Shown here in pieces: positions 49,848-58,667 of a stretch of 64,000 bases of DNA; the first letter of the stretch is position 1; every line of letters starts with the position of its first letter. This stretch comes from a bacterium (GTDB lineage Bacteria > Patescibacteriota > Minisyncoccia > UBA6257 > 2-01-FULL-56-20), in NCBI GenBank assembly GCA_021780195.1, contig JAJXZE010000004.1, positions 1,584 through 65,583 of the forward strand, read 5' to 3'. The translations under genes and the position numbers were made by a program. The notes under the pieces are model-generated. The model was not told the origin of the DNA. It searched no databases and worked only from the letters and a program-made list of their open reading frames with translations.

Positions 49848-50495
49848 TTACCGTAATTTCATCATCGCCCGGGGCACCTCTTCGATGTTCACGAACCGGT
49901 CGGCCGCCTCCTGGAGCTTCGAAGATGTGCTCCGGCGGAAGGCCGCCACCTCGACGAGCCGGCCGCCGCCCCACTTCAGGTAATCGACGAGCGGGAGGAA
50001 GTCGCCGTCGCCCGTGAGCAGGATCACGACGTCGAGGAAGGACGACATCCTGATCGCGTCGACCGCCATGCCGACGTCCCAGTCGGCTTTCTTCATGCCG
50101 CCGGCATAGATCTGGAGATCCTTCATGCGGAGTTCGAGCCCCGCCTTTTCGAGCGCCTCGAAGAATGCCGCCTCCGAGGAAAGCTCACCCACCTTCTCCG
50201 CGCCCGCCGCCGCGGAAACGGAAACCGCTTCGCGCTCGCTTCCACGCGCTGGACGGGCGCCGCGCAGGCCGCCCCGCGCCGTCTCCTCCGTCCTTGCGCC
50301 GTGCTGGGGCTCCACCCCCTCGCTCTTCACGACGTACGCCATCGCGCGGATCAGCTGGCGGTCGCCCACGAGATATTTAATGAGCTCCGCGTAGTTCACG
50401 CGGGCGTGATGGAGATTCTTTGCAGAATGATAAAGATTCTGCACATCGACGAATATTCCAACCCTCTGGTCGGAATACCTTGGCGCACTCTTCAT
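49848..50495 (-). CDS. NYN domain (LabA/DUF88) putative ribonuclease
   Basis: FVDVQNLY, KKADWDVGMAVD, TGDGDF.PLV, S..L...AD.F. Confidence 0.88.
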   Translation of the reverse strand: MKSAPRYSDQRVGIFVDVQNLYHSAKNLHHARVNYAELIKYLVGDRQLIRAMAYVVKSEGVEPQHGARTEETARGGLRGARPARGSEREAVSVSAAAGAEKVGELSSEAAFFEALEKAGLELRMKDLQIYAGGMKKADWDVGMAVDAIRMSSFLDVVILLTGDGDFLPLVDYLKWGGGRLVEVAAFRRSTSSKLQEAADRFVNIEEVPRAMMKLR

Positions 50496-50761
50496 TATTT
50501 TTTAAGCTCGAGCTTCTTGATCAGTTTCTCGTACGAGGAAAGCTCGTGCTTTTTTAGATAGCCGAGAAGCTTCCTGCGCTTCGAAACCATCTTCAAAAGG
50601 CCGCGGCGGGAGTGGTTGTCCTTCGGGTTCTTCTTAAGATGCGCGGCGAGCTCGTCGATCTGGCGCGAGGTTACCGCGACCTGAACCTCGGCGGAGCCGG
50701 TGTCTTTGTCGTGCTTTTTATGATCCCCGATGATGCGGGACTTCACTCGTTTCGTAAGCAT
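50495..50761 (-). CDS. rpsO: 30S ribosomal protein S15
   Basis: DTGSAEVQVA, HLK.NPKD.HSRRGLLKMV.KRRKLL.YL. Confidence 0.96.
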   Translation of the reverse strand: MLTKRVKSRIIGDHKKHDKDTGSAEVQVAVTSRQIDELAAHLKKNPKDNHSRRGLLKMVSKRRKLLGYLKKHELSSYEKLIKKLELKK

Positions 50762-50900
50762 TAAGGTCATTATAACGTAATTCGGAAAAAAGGCAAATGA
50801 GCCGCGACCATTGTCCGCGCAGTATCTTCTTTCCGGCCACCTTTCTTTCTCGAAGCCGTCGCTTGCCGTCTTTTGCGACGGAAGCGGGTATAATGAAGAC

Positions 50901-51815
50901 ATGGCTCCGGCGATGACCGAAATCGGGAAACTCCTGCGCGACTACCTCGACTATCTCGAGATCGAAAAGAACCGTTCGCCGAAGACGCGCGAGAACTACG
51001 AGCGCTATCTCCGGCGCTTCGTCGCGTTCTCCGGCGCGAAGACGCCGCGCGACATCACGGACGAAACGGTTCGTGAGTTCCGAAAGGCGCTCGCCCGCCC
51101 GCCCGCGGACGGCGGCCCCACGCTCAAGCGCGCCACCCAGAGCTATTACGTGATCGCCCTCCGCAACTTCCTCAAATATCTCACCAAGCGCGACATCGCC
51201 GCCCTCGCCGCGGAGAAGGTCGAGCTCCCGAAGGTGCCCGCGCGCCAGATCGAGACGCTCGCCTACGCCGACCTCGAACGGCTCCTCGCCGCGCCCAAGG
51301 GCACCGCCCTCCGCGCGCTCCGCGACCGCGCCGTCCTCGAGACCTTCTTCTCGACCGGCCTCCGCCTTTCCGAACTCTGCGCACTTCCCCGCCGCCTCGA
51401 CCTCAAGCGCGGCGAGATATCCGTGCGCGGCAAGGGCGACAAGATCCGCGTGGTCTTCATCTCCGCCGGCGCACGGGCGGCGATCGAAAAATATCTCGCC
51501 GCGCGCGGCGACGCCGAGGAAAAGCTTTTCGTAAGCCTGGACAAGAAGGACCGCGTGATCGGGCCGATCACCCCCCGCGCCGCGGAGCGCCTCGTCGCGC
51601 GGCGCGCCAAGGAAGCCGGCATCGACCGACCCATCCACGCGCACCAATTGCGCCACAGTTTCGCGACCGACCTCCTCATGAACGGCGCCGACATCCGCGC
51701 CGTCCAGGAACTCCTCGGCCATTCGAACATCTCGACCACCCAGATCTACACCCACCTCACGAACCAGGCGCTCCGCGACATCCACAAGGCCTTCCACGGA
51801 AAACGGAGGGGATAA
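50901..51815 (+). CDS. xerC: Tyrosine recombinase XerC/XerD family
   Basis: YL.IEKN.S..T..NY, RDRA.LE...STGLR.SEL, V.GKGDK.R, HQLRHSFAT.L, VQELLGH..ISTTQIYTH; C versus D not resolvable. Confidence 0.8.
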   Translation: MAPAMTEIGKLLRDYLDYLEIEKNRSPKTRENYERYLRRFVAFSGAKTPRDITDETVREFRKALARPPADGGPTLKRATQSYYVIALRNFLKYLTKRDIAALAAEKVELPKVPARQIETLAYADLERLLAAPKGTALRALRDRAVLETFFSTGLRLSELCALPRRLDLKRGEISVRGKGDKIRVVFISAGARAAIEKYLAARGDAEEKLFVSLDKKDRVIGPITPRAAERLVARRAKEAGIDRPIHAHQLRHSFATDLLMNGADIRAVQELLGHSNISTTQIYTHLTNQALRDIHKAFHGKRRG

Positions 51816-51828
51816 AAAGACGTTTTTG

Positions 51829-51910
51829 TGCCGAGGGTGGGACTCGAACCCACAACCCTTGCGGGACAGCGTCCTAAGCGCTGCGCGTATACCAATTCCG
51901 CCACCTCGAC
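51829..51910 (-). tRNA. tRNA-Leu(TAG)
   Basis: GTCGAGG/CCTCGGC, CAGCG-CTTAGGA-CGCTG, long variable arm, TTCGAGT T-loop. Confidence 0.93.
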
Positions 51911-52044
51911 CAATGTTCGTACGCCTTCATTCTATTTCTCTTTCCGGATTTTGACAAATGCTCATAATTGTGGCACTATTTCGGCAGAAGATTAGCGGGA
52001 AATCCGCAGAATCTTTAACATCTTAATCAGCCGGGAGGCGCGAT

Positions 52045-53307
52045 ATGAATTTCTTTTTAGAAGCGCTCGCAATGCCGCCGCTGGCCGCCTTCGCGTGGAT
52101 AGCGGTTGGCATCGTTCTGGTAGCTCTCGGCGTCGCCATTGCGACGGCGCCGCTCTGGATCTTGGTCATCCTGAACACGATGGCCAAAAACAACTTCCTC
52201 GTCACGATTGTCGAGGAAAATACGGGGAAATGGATCATGAAATACGGTAAGGCGTGGCGATTCGTCACGTCGCACCGCTACCGCGATCCGCAACCCAGCA
52301 ATAACCCCGTCACGAGCTGGAAACTGCACGAAGAAGAACCTTTGGTGACTCTGAAGAAGAGCACCATTAAAAAATCGTCGTTGTCTCACATAGAGGGCCA
52401 CGAGTCTGCGCTTCGAACTTTCCTTGACAGGCACCTGCCCGGTGGCATGAGGTGGGTCGGACTCCCCTTCATATACTCCATCTACCAATATAATTTCCGA
52501 TGGAGCGTGCTCCGCGAGAGAAAGCCGGGGAATGAAGAGGGGCTTGTCGATGAACCTCGGCAACTCGCAAATGGGAAGTGGGTCGCTTCTTTTTCAAAGC
52601 GGCTTGACTATCTTTATCTGCGGGATGCCGCTTACTGCTATGAGCTCAGGGGAGCGGAAACAAAAGAGCTCATGGCGGTCGATCTGTACCTGGTATCGAC
52701 GATCCGCGTCGTCAACCCCTACCGGGCGATGTTCGTGATTCATGACTGGCTCGAGGCCACTATGGATCTTATTCGTCCATCAGTAAGAAATTGGGTCAAG
52801 GACCACAACTACGAACAAGTTGTGGGGAAACCCGAAACCACTCAGCGGGAGAACGACATTCTCCTTAAAGAAACCGGCGAACCCCAAAAATCCAAGGTTG
52901 AGGTGGAATCAATCGGCCAGTACCTCGAGCGCGCCTACGGCGTCCGGGTCAAGAGGATTGCATTTGACGACGTGATCCCGCCGAAGGACTACGCCACTGC
53001 CGCAGAAAAACGTGTTGCCGCCGAACAGCAAAAAATCATGATTGCGACCCTCGCACAGGGCGAGGCGGCAAAAATAACCACCATTGCCGCCGCAGATGCG
53101 GAAAGAATCGTGGCCATCGCCAAGGCAGAAGCGGAAGCTACCAAGCTTGCCGCCAAGGCATTCGAGGAAGGCGGCAACCCCGCGGTGGTCGCGAGGACCA
53201 TCGAGGCGCTCGAGAAAACGCACCCAGTCGTTATGGGCGCACAACCCGTCACCGTGCTTATCGACGCCGTGAAAGGGAATGCCCCAACCACGGCAAAAAA
53301 GGAATAG
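52045..53307 (+). CDS. SPFH/Band 7 family membrane protein
   Basis: N-terminal TM, RVVNPYRAMF, YGVRV..I.FDDV.PP, Ala/Glu-rich coiled-coil tail (AQGEA, AKAEAEA). Confidence 0.72.
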   Translation: MNFFLEALAMPPLAAFAWIAVGIVLVALGVAIATAPLWILVILNTMAKNNFLVTIVEENTGKWIMKYGKAWRFVTSHRYRDPQPSNNPVTSWKLHEEEPLVTLKKSTIKKSSLSHIEGHESALRTFLDRHLPGGMRWVGLPFIYSIYQYNFRWSVLRERKPGNEEGLVDEPRQLANGKWVASFSKRLDYLYLRDAAYCYELRGAETKELMAVDLYLVSTIRVVNPYRAMFVIHDWLEATMDLIRPSVRNWVKDHNYEQVVGKPETTQRENDILLKETGEPQKSKVEVESIGQYLERAYGVRVKRIAFDDVIPPKDYATAAEKRVAAEQQKIMIATLAQGEAAKITTIAAADAERIVAIAKAEAEATKLAAKAFEEGGNPAVVARTIEALEKTHPVVMGAQPVTVLIDAVKGNAPTTAKKE

Positions 53308-53317
53308 GAGGTTTGTC

Positions 53318-54205
53318 ATGAGAAAATGCTGGGAGTTTCTCAAAAAGCTACCTTCGTTTTTCTTGGTGAGCCTCCGAATTTCTTTTCGAATCGGAGGCGA
53401 CGCCTTGAAAAAGATTTCGGCTCGCGCCATGCCCCTGAAGCTTCGCCATGTGGTTGGTATGATCGGAGTGGTGGTTATCACTCTGGGCGTCATACTGGCC
53501 GAGCATGGAACTTCAGAGGTGAAGGAGGGTAACACTTGGCTTTCCGGAGTCGTGATTGCAATCCTCATCCTTCTTGTTCTCTCTCTTGGCGCTGTTGCAC
53601 TTTTTCGTCTCTTGCTAAGGGCGAAACCGCGCGACAATGGAGACCGCGCCGCGGTACTCCAGGCCCAACCGGGAAGAACGGACCCCGCGAAGCAGAAGGG
53701 TAAGAAGCCCCGACTCCGCACCATTCTTATCCTGCTCGCGATCGTCGCGGGAGGATACTGTATCGTCCGGTACTCCGGAACAGCGTGGCTGCGGGGCAAG
53801 CAACGACCATCCGTCACGAAGGTGGGTGGCTACAACCCAAGTATGGTGCTCCCGGGCACCATAGACCTGAGAAAGAAGGAGGGGAACTCGTTTCTCCTCC
53901 AGGTCCCAATGGGAGAATGGAGTAAGAAAATCATTTTCCCGGAAAGGATGTCGAAGGGTATGTGCTATCAGCCCGCGACACTGGCCGATGCACAGAATAA
54001 ATCATGGTGGATTGCCTTCGTGATCCTCCGCCAGGATGGAAGCATCACCACCCTCACTCGGGCATATCGGTGGGGGGAGCATCCGTCTTTCTTCGACCCC
54101 CCCCTGCCAATCACCCTGCGGATACAGGGGGATGCCCCTCACGGGATACTGTTTGAGAAAGGGATACGCGATCCTAAAACAGGATTTTGCATCCCCACAG
54201 TATGA
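53318..54205 (+). CDS. Hypothetical membrane protein
   Basis: Three hydrophobic helices; AGGAGG RBS before ATG. Confidence 0.65.
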   Translation: MRKCWEFLKKLPSFFLVSLRISFRIGGDALKKISARAMPLKLRHVVGMIGVVVITLGVILAEHGTSEVKEGNTWLSGVVIAILILLVLSLGAVALFRLLLRAKPRDNGDRAAVLQAQPGRTDPAKQKGKKPRLRTILILLAIVAGGYCIVRYSGTAWLRGKQRPSVTKVGGYNPSMVLPGTIDLRKKEGNSFLLQVPMGEWSKKIIFPERMSKGMCYQPATLADAQNKSWWIAFVILRQDGSITTLTRAYRWGEHPSFFDPPLPITLRIQGDAPHGILFEKGIRDPKTGFCIPTV

Positions 54206-54209
54206 ACTG

Positions 54210-54241
54210 TCCCCCGAGCGTCTTGCTCGGGGGATTTTTTT
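54210..54241 (+). terminator. Intrinsic terminator
   Basis: TCCCCCGAGC-GTCTT-GCTCGGGGGA-TTTTTTT. Confidence 0.8.
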
Positions 54242-54341
54242 ATTTTCATTCTTTACAGGCATCGATCATTATAGTATAGTAGCGTCAGCAGTATCGGGTC
54301 ATGATACCACATCTCAATATCAAGGAACGGGAGGTTTGCCT

Positions 54342-54518
54342 ATGTTCGCAGAGCTTACAATGCCGGTCATTATCATTTTTCTAATCACCGGCCTCCTCAC
54401 TGCCTGGATCGCCAAGCAGAAGGGCTATGATCCCGTCGTCGGGTTCGTAGCAGGATTTTTTGCCAGCCTAGCGGGGGCATTGGTGTTTCTCGCCCTCAGA
54501 AAGAAAGGAACCAGATGA
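54342..54518 (+). CDS. Small two-TM membrane protein
   Basis: GGAGG RBS; TM-IAKQKGYD-TM pattern; ATGA overlap with next gene. Confidence 0.6.
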   Translation: MFAELTMPVIIIFLITGLLTAWIAKQKGYDPVVGFVAGFFASLAGALVFLALRKKGTR

Positions 54519-55690
54519 TTTGGGAAATCCAGGAGAAAATTGAGAATGCATTCGGATACATGGCCGAGAAGCACGTATTCCGATATATCCTTCTGACCGC
54601 TATCGGCCTCGGTTCAATCTGGTTTGGCATACGCGCACTCGACGTCGTGGTCGCATGGGCCATGTACTCCAAAATCTTCACTTGGATACAAGGTACTGGC
54701 GGGCTGCCAAATCTCATCACCGGCGCCATTGCCGTGTGGTGCGTGGCAGTTATATTCCTCGCCATTCCGACTATTCTTTTTTCGGTTTTCGTAAAACGAA
54801 ATCGGAAAGTAATCCTCATGGCCGCAGGGGCAATTTCGCTGTTTATGGTTTTTCTTTACGGACTCTCTGTCCAGCAGAGGAAAAATCTGTTCAACCCGAT
54901 GACGGGAACCGCGAATTACCGCTATGTGAGAACACCGGCCGGAGAAATCAGGATATTCCCCGGGGATTATGCTTTCGACCCCACGACTGGCGAAAAACTT
55001 CTCCCCCTCGATGGGAAAACAGCAGGGGCATACCTGAAGCAACAAGCCAGCAAGCAGCAAACAGCAGTGCATCGGCAGGAAGGCACGGCAAGCAAGACAA
55101 AGAAATTGTCCACCCAAAGTCAACAGATAGTGTCCGCTGGGCGGGCTGACAACCATGCGGGAAATACCGCAGAGGAAACTAGCCGAGAAAAAAAAGGTTT
55201 TGAGCCCATGCGGAAGACAGGGGTGGCAAGTGCCAGCGCCAAAGAGCAAGAAAGCGAAGCCACTCCTGTGAAAATTTTCACCCCAGAAGCTCCGCTGGCG
55301 GGCTACTCCCCGATGTCTTTGACGAAAAGCATCGCGCTCACTATGTCTATCAGTTGGTGCCGCTCTCAGGCATCCACAAACATTCTCTGCCGCGGCCTAC
55401 TCACTAATACTGGCCCGGAGATAGAACGCATAGCCGTTGAAACACCTTCGCGCGTTTTCGACGACCAAGGAAATACCTACAACTTAAGCCCACTTGATCG
55501 AGAATACGTACTCGCAGACGGCGGATTCTTCGCCGACGTCCCGCCGGGCGTGCCGGTGGCGTTCTTTGTCAGCTTTAATGACTCAGCGCGGCCGCAGTAC
55601 ATCACGCTCGCCCTGCAGGTCTCTCGAGGTCAATGGGGGAACACCGTCTATTCAACCTTCACGTTTCAAAACATCCCCATATCTCGGTAA
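54515..55690 (+). CDS. Hypothetical membrane protein with extracellular domains
   Basis: Three TM helices, FNP.TG/FDP.TG motifs, linker, beta-rich C-terminal domain. Confidence 0.65.
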   Translation: MIWEIQEKIENAFGYMAEKHVFRYILLTAIGLGSIWFGIRALDVVVAWAMYSKIFTWIQGTGGLPNLITGAIAVWCVAVIFLAIPTILFSVFVKRNRKVILMAAGAISLFMVFLYGLSVQQRKNLFNPMTGTANYRYVRTPAGEIRIFPGDYAFDPTTGEKLLPLDGKTAGAYLKQQASKQQTAVHRQEGTASKTKKLSTQSQQIVSAGRADNHAGNTAEETSREKKGFEPMRKTGVASASAKEQESEATPVKIFTPEAPLAGYSPMSLTKSIALTMSISWCRSQASTNILCRGLLTNTGPEIERIAVETPSRVFDDQGNTYNLSPLDREYVLADGGFFADVPPGVPVAFFVSFNDSARPQYITLALQVSRGQWGNTVYSTFTFQNIPISR

Positions 55691-55775
55691 TCAACCAACC
55701 ACGCCCGACGCATCCCGTCGGGCGTTAATACCGCATTGGAAATTCACGTTGGCGAAACCATGCAACGCTTATTCT

Positions 55776-55811
55776 AGATTTTAAAAGGCCCTTTGGGGCC
55801 TTTTAAAATCT
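55776..55811. terminator. Bidirectional terminator between insert and pilin array
   Basis: AGATTTTAAAAGGCCC-TTTG-GGGCCTTTTAAAATCT, perfect 16-bp arms. Confidence 0.8.
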
Positions 55812-55832
55812 TTCCACCTTCAATTGGGGCGA

Positions 55833-56219
55833 CTAGCAACCCACTCCCTGCAATCCGCCGCCGATGAAGTTCGAGACGATCATCGGAAGCCCCTTCGCGA
55901 TAAGCGCAATGACCACCGCGACTGCCGCGTAGAGCAAAGTGCTTCCCGCCGCCTTCACCTTCTCTGGATCTCCCGCTGCCGTCAAGTACTTGAATGCGGC
56001 ATAGAGAACGAAGATGATCGTGAGAACGATCAAGAGGTAAAAGACCCAGTTCACGATGTTGCAGAGCAGGCTCCCCGGTTGTCCGATCAGCTGATTGACC
56101 GAGTTGATACTCCCCGGAGCCTGAAGGCCCGGCGTCGCCTGCGCGGACGCAAGAAGCGGAATCGCGAGCGCGAGCACCGGCGTGGCAAAATTCTTTGCGA
56201 AACCCATTATTTTCTTCAT
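55833..56219 (-). CDS. TrbC/VirB2-like pilin
   Basis: Signal peptide, two TM helices around YLTAAGDPEKVKAA. Confidence 0.8.
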   Translation of the reverse strand: MKKIMGFAKNFATPVLALAIPLLASAQATPGLQAPGSINSVNQLIGQPGSLLCNIVNWVFYLLIVLTIIFVLYAAFKYLTAAGDPEKVKAAGSTLLYAAVAVVIALIAKGLPMIVSNFIGGGLQGVGC

Positions 56220-56309
56220 GTGTTGATTATTGGTTAGTGATGAATCTAAGTTCGACCTTTCGAATAATTACGTTCCTAGGGTAGCATACTTTCATTCAAG
56301 AGCCCATCC

Positions 56310-56702
56310 CTAGCAAGAAGTGAGTCCGCTGACCGAGAAGATGCTTCCGATAATTCCCGGGAACCCCTTTGCAATAAGGGCAACTGCGATACCCACCGCA
56401 GCCCATGTCACCGTTTTCCTCGCCGAACTGGTTGCTTCAGTGTCATCCCCCGCCTTCACGTATTTGAAGCCACCCCACAAAACCATAATCATGGATACCG
56501 CGAGAACAACCCAGAAAAACGTGTTAAAAATGGGGCATAGTATTGCATTTTCAATCGCATTTTTTCCACTGAGATCAATACCGACCGCCGGGGAGGTCGC
56601 GGCGAGCACCGAAGATGCCATCAAGCCGCCCCATAAGACCGTTATGCCAGCTCCGAACCTACGCCCCGTTATCCGGCCAAATCGAGAAATTTTTTCCAAC
56701 AT
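56310..56702 (-). CDS. TrbC/VirB2-like pilin
   Basis: Two TM helices around GGFKYVKAGDDTE...ARKT.TWA. Confidence 0.75.
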   Translation of the reverse strand: MLEKISRFGRITGRRFGAGITVLWGGLMASSVLAATSPAVGIDLSGKNAIENAILCPIFNTFFWVVLAVSMIMVLWGGFKYVKAGDDTEATSSARKTVTWAAVGIAVALIAKGFPGIIGSIFSVSGLTSC

Positions 56703-56754
56703 TGGGTTAATCAAATTATTTTTTTATTATACCATAACCGTCGCCAACGCGCAA

Positions 56755-57144
56755 CTATCCCACCCCAAATATTCCCTTAATGAGGGAAACAATGCTCGCC
56801 GCGGCAAAAGCCACCACAAGCCCTACGGCCGCCCAGAGTATCGTTTTGCGACCTTTCAAGGTCTTCTCAGGATCGCCCGCCGAAGTGATCATCTCGAACG
56901 CCCCTACGAGAACCATAATCGCCGAGAGGGGGATGGCGATATCTAATAGAATGAACTGCGCCACGTTTGCAGTGACGGTTTGAAAACTTTTTCCGCCCAG
57001 GGGATCAATGAGCTGCGCGTTATTGCCACTGTTCCCACTGTTGTCGCTACTCCCGAAAAACTGCGCCATCGCCACCCCTCCGCTCGCGGCAAAAATCACA
57101 AGAGCCGCTCCAACCAGGCCAAATCCCCTCTCTATGCGTTTCAT
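56755..57144 (-). CDS. TrbC/VirB2-like pilin
   Basis: LIDPL, two TM helices around MITSAGDPEK..KGRKTILWA. Confidence 0.8.
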   Translation of the reverse strand: MKRIERGFGLVGAALVIFAASGGVAMAQFFGSSDNSGNSGNNAQLIDPLGGKSFQTVTANVAQFILLDIAIPLSAIMVLVGAFEMITSAGDPEKTLKGRKTILWAAVGLVVAFAAASIVSLIKGIFGVG

Positions 57145-57211
57145 TGTTTTTATTATATCACGCGTCATGCCGTGGCGACAAAACCCGAACCGCGCCCAAA
57201 CCTTGGCTCCA

Positions 57212-57760
57212 TCATAGACCACAAAAGCCCAGTGGGAATGATTGGCCGTTCAGCGGATTTCCGGCAGAATATGGCACGCCGACCGACACATTGAGCTTAC
57301 AGGCATCCGCCTGACTCACGCCGAGCGTCACGATGAAATCGGCCTCGGCCGCCTGGCGCACGACGGCGAACGGCGTCCCCGAAACCGCGACCCAAAACGA
57401 ACTGTCCTGCGGGTTGTAGGCAAACCAATAATCGGGCGTCTGCTTGATGATGATCGTGCCGTCCTCCCCCACCGTCGAACTCGGGTTATAAAAATTCTTC
57501 ACCTCCACCACTCCCTTCGGGGTTCCGATTCCGAAAAACATCCCGGTTGGCGCCGATGGATAGACCTCCGCGATCGGGGTGCTCCCCGTCCCGCCGGTGC
57601 CCGAGGTAGCCGCCCCCGTTCCCACGGATGGGGCCTGGCTCTGCCCTGCCATACCCGTGCTCCCGCCGCTCCCGGGGCCCGCAAAATAAAGTGTGGCAAG
57701 ACCGATAATGACCACCACGGCAACGATACCGACCACGATAAAAATGATACGAAGTTTCAT
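57212..57760 (-). CDS. Membrane-anchored hypothetical protein within pilin array
   Basis: N-terminal TM, Gly/Thr linker, C-terminal domain with ACKL...LGFC cysteine pair. Confidence 0.7.
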   Translation of the reverse strand: MKLRIIFIVVGIVAVVVIIGLATLYFAGPGSGGSTGMAGQSQAPSVGTGAATSGTGGTGSTPIAEVYPSAPTGMFFGIGTPKGVVEVKNFYNPSSTVGEDGTIIIKQTPDYWFAYNPQDSSFWVAVSGTPFAVVRQAAEADFIVTLGVSQADACKLNVSVGVPYSAGNPLNGQSFPLGFCGL

Positions 57761-57768
57761 GTGAGGTA

Positions 57769-58641
57769 TTAACATCCTCCGCCCTGCGCGGAATTGATAT
57801 GGAGGTTGTCCCCATCCGTAGTCAGATAGTGCGTACCGCCACATGAAAGATACTCATTTGCGGTTGATCCGCCACATGCCGCCGCGGCATTCACAAGCGC
57901 CTGCACCGCGGCGCATCCTCCCCCATTGACCACTACATCTACACAGCAACCGTTGCTGTGACATCGTGAAAGATGCCCTGCGGTGTTCGTCGGCGGCATC
58001 GCTTCGGTCACCGTGAACCCCGCGGATGCCGCTTTATTTTTAATACAGTCCAGTGTCGAGACCATACCCTGCGCCGCGAAACAGCTGTTAATCCCGCCCG
58101 GCTGCTGGCTCGCCGGTTTACAGGTAAAGCCGTCCGCGGCAAGGGGCGAGCAATTTCCGCCCGCACACCCAACCCCGGTTGGGATATAAGTTCCGGAAGT
58201 CGGCGCTCCGGCGACATTTACGGGAGAAAGATTCGGCAGGTTCAGGTTCAAGAGCGCCGGGTTGATAAGCTGAAGGATGAAATAGGCGCCCGCGAGGAGA
58301 AGCAGACCAAGGAGGGCGGACTGGATCCATTCCTTCCCCTCGCTCTGGCCGGAAGGGTTGCCGGCGGCCGTCATATACTTCACACCTCCATAGACCACGA
58401 CCCCGAAGGCAAGGAGACCGCTGATCATGAGGGAGAATTGGTAGAAGCCCGCGATGAAGGCGCCGGGGGAGCTTGTGGCACTCGCGGGCATACCGGGGAG
58501 GTTCGGACTTATCTCGACCGTGGCCGGAAGGGTGGTGGTGGCAAGCGCCCGAGGGACGAACAAGGCGAACGCCGCACCCGCCGCGACGAACAAAACGGCA
58601 GCGAAGAAGATCGGCGCGAAATGAGGATTGTTTTTTTTCAT
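57769..58641 (-). CDS. TrbC/VirB2-like pilin fused to Cys-rich M15-like zinc peptidase domain
   Basis: YGGVKYMTAAGNPS...EGKEWI..ALLGL...INP pilin core; C-terminal H-x6-D (HSNGCCVD) and distal NLHI. Confidence 0.7.
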   Translation of the reverse strand: MKKNNPHFAPIFFAAVLFVAAGAAFALFVPRALATTTLPATVEISPNLPGMPASATSSPGAFIAGFYQFSLMISGLLAFGVVVYGGVKYMTAAGNPSGQSEGKEWIQSALLGLLLLAGAYFILQLINPALLNLNLPNLSPVNVAGAPTSGTYIPTGVGCAGGNCSPLAADGFTCKPASQQPGGINSCFAAQGMVSTLDCIKNKAASAGFTVTEAMPPTNTAGHLSRCHSNGCCVDVVVNGGGCAAVQALVNAAAACGGSTANEYLSCGGTHYLTTDGDNLHINSAQGGGC

Positions 58642-58667
58642 GTGAAAATCCCGCCACGGACACGAGC

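Noticed and set aside
50901..51910. Xer recombinase plus tRNA-Leu as a prophage or ICE integration module
   Set aside because: Protein looks like chromosomal XerC/D with host-like GC and promoter; no tRNA 3' duplication or phage genes seen
55701..55725. Hairpin ACGCCCGACG-CATCC-CGTCGGGCGT as a special element
   Set aside because: Directly follows a stop codon; most simply a terminator or stabilising hairpin
56293..56307. Possible third copy of the 18-nt hairpin apex (CATTCAAGAGCCCAT)
   Set aside because: Only 10 contiguous matches, no flanking stem and no adjacent tRNA
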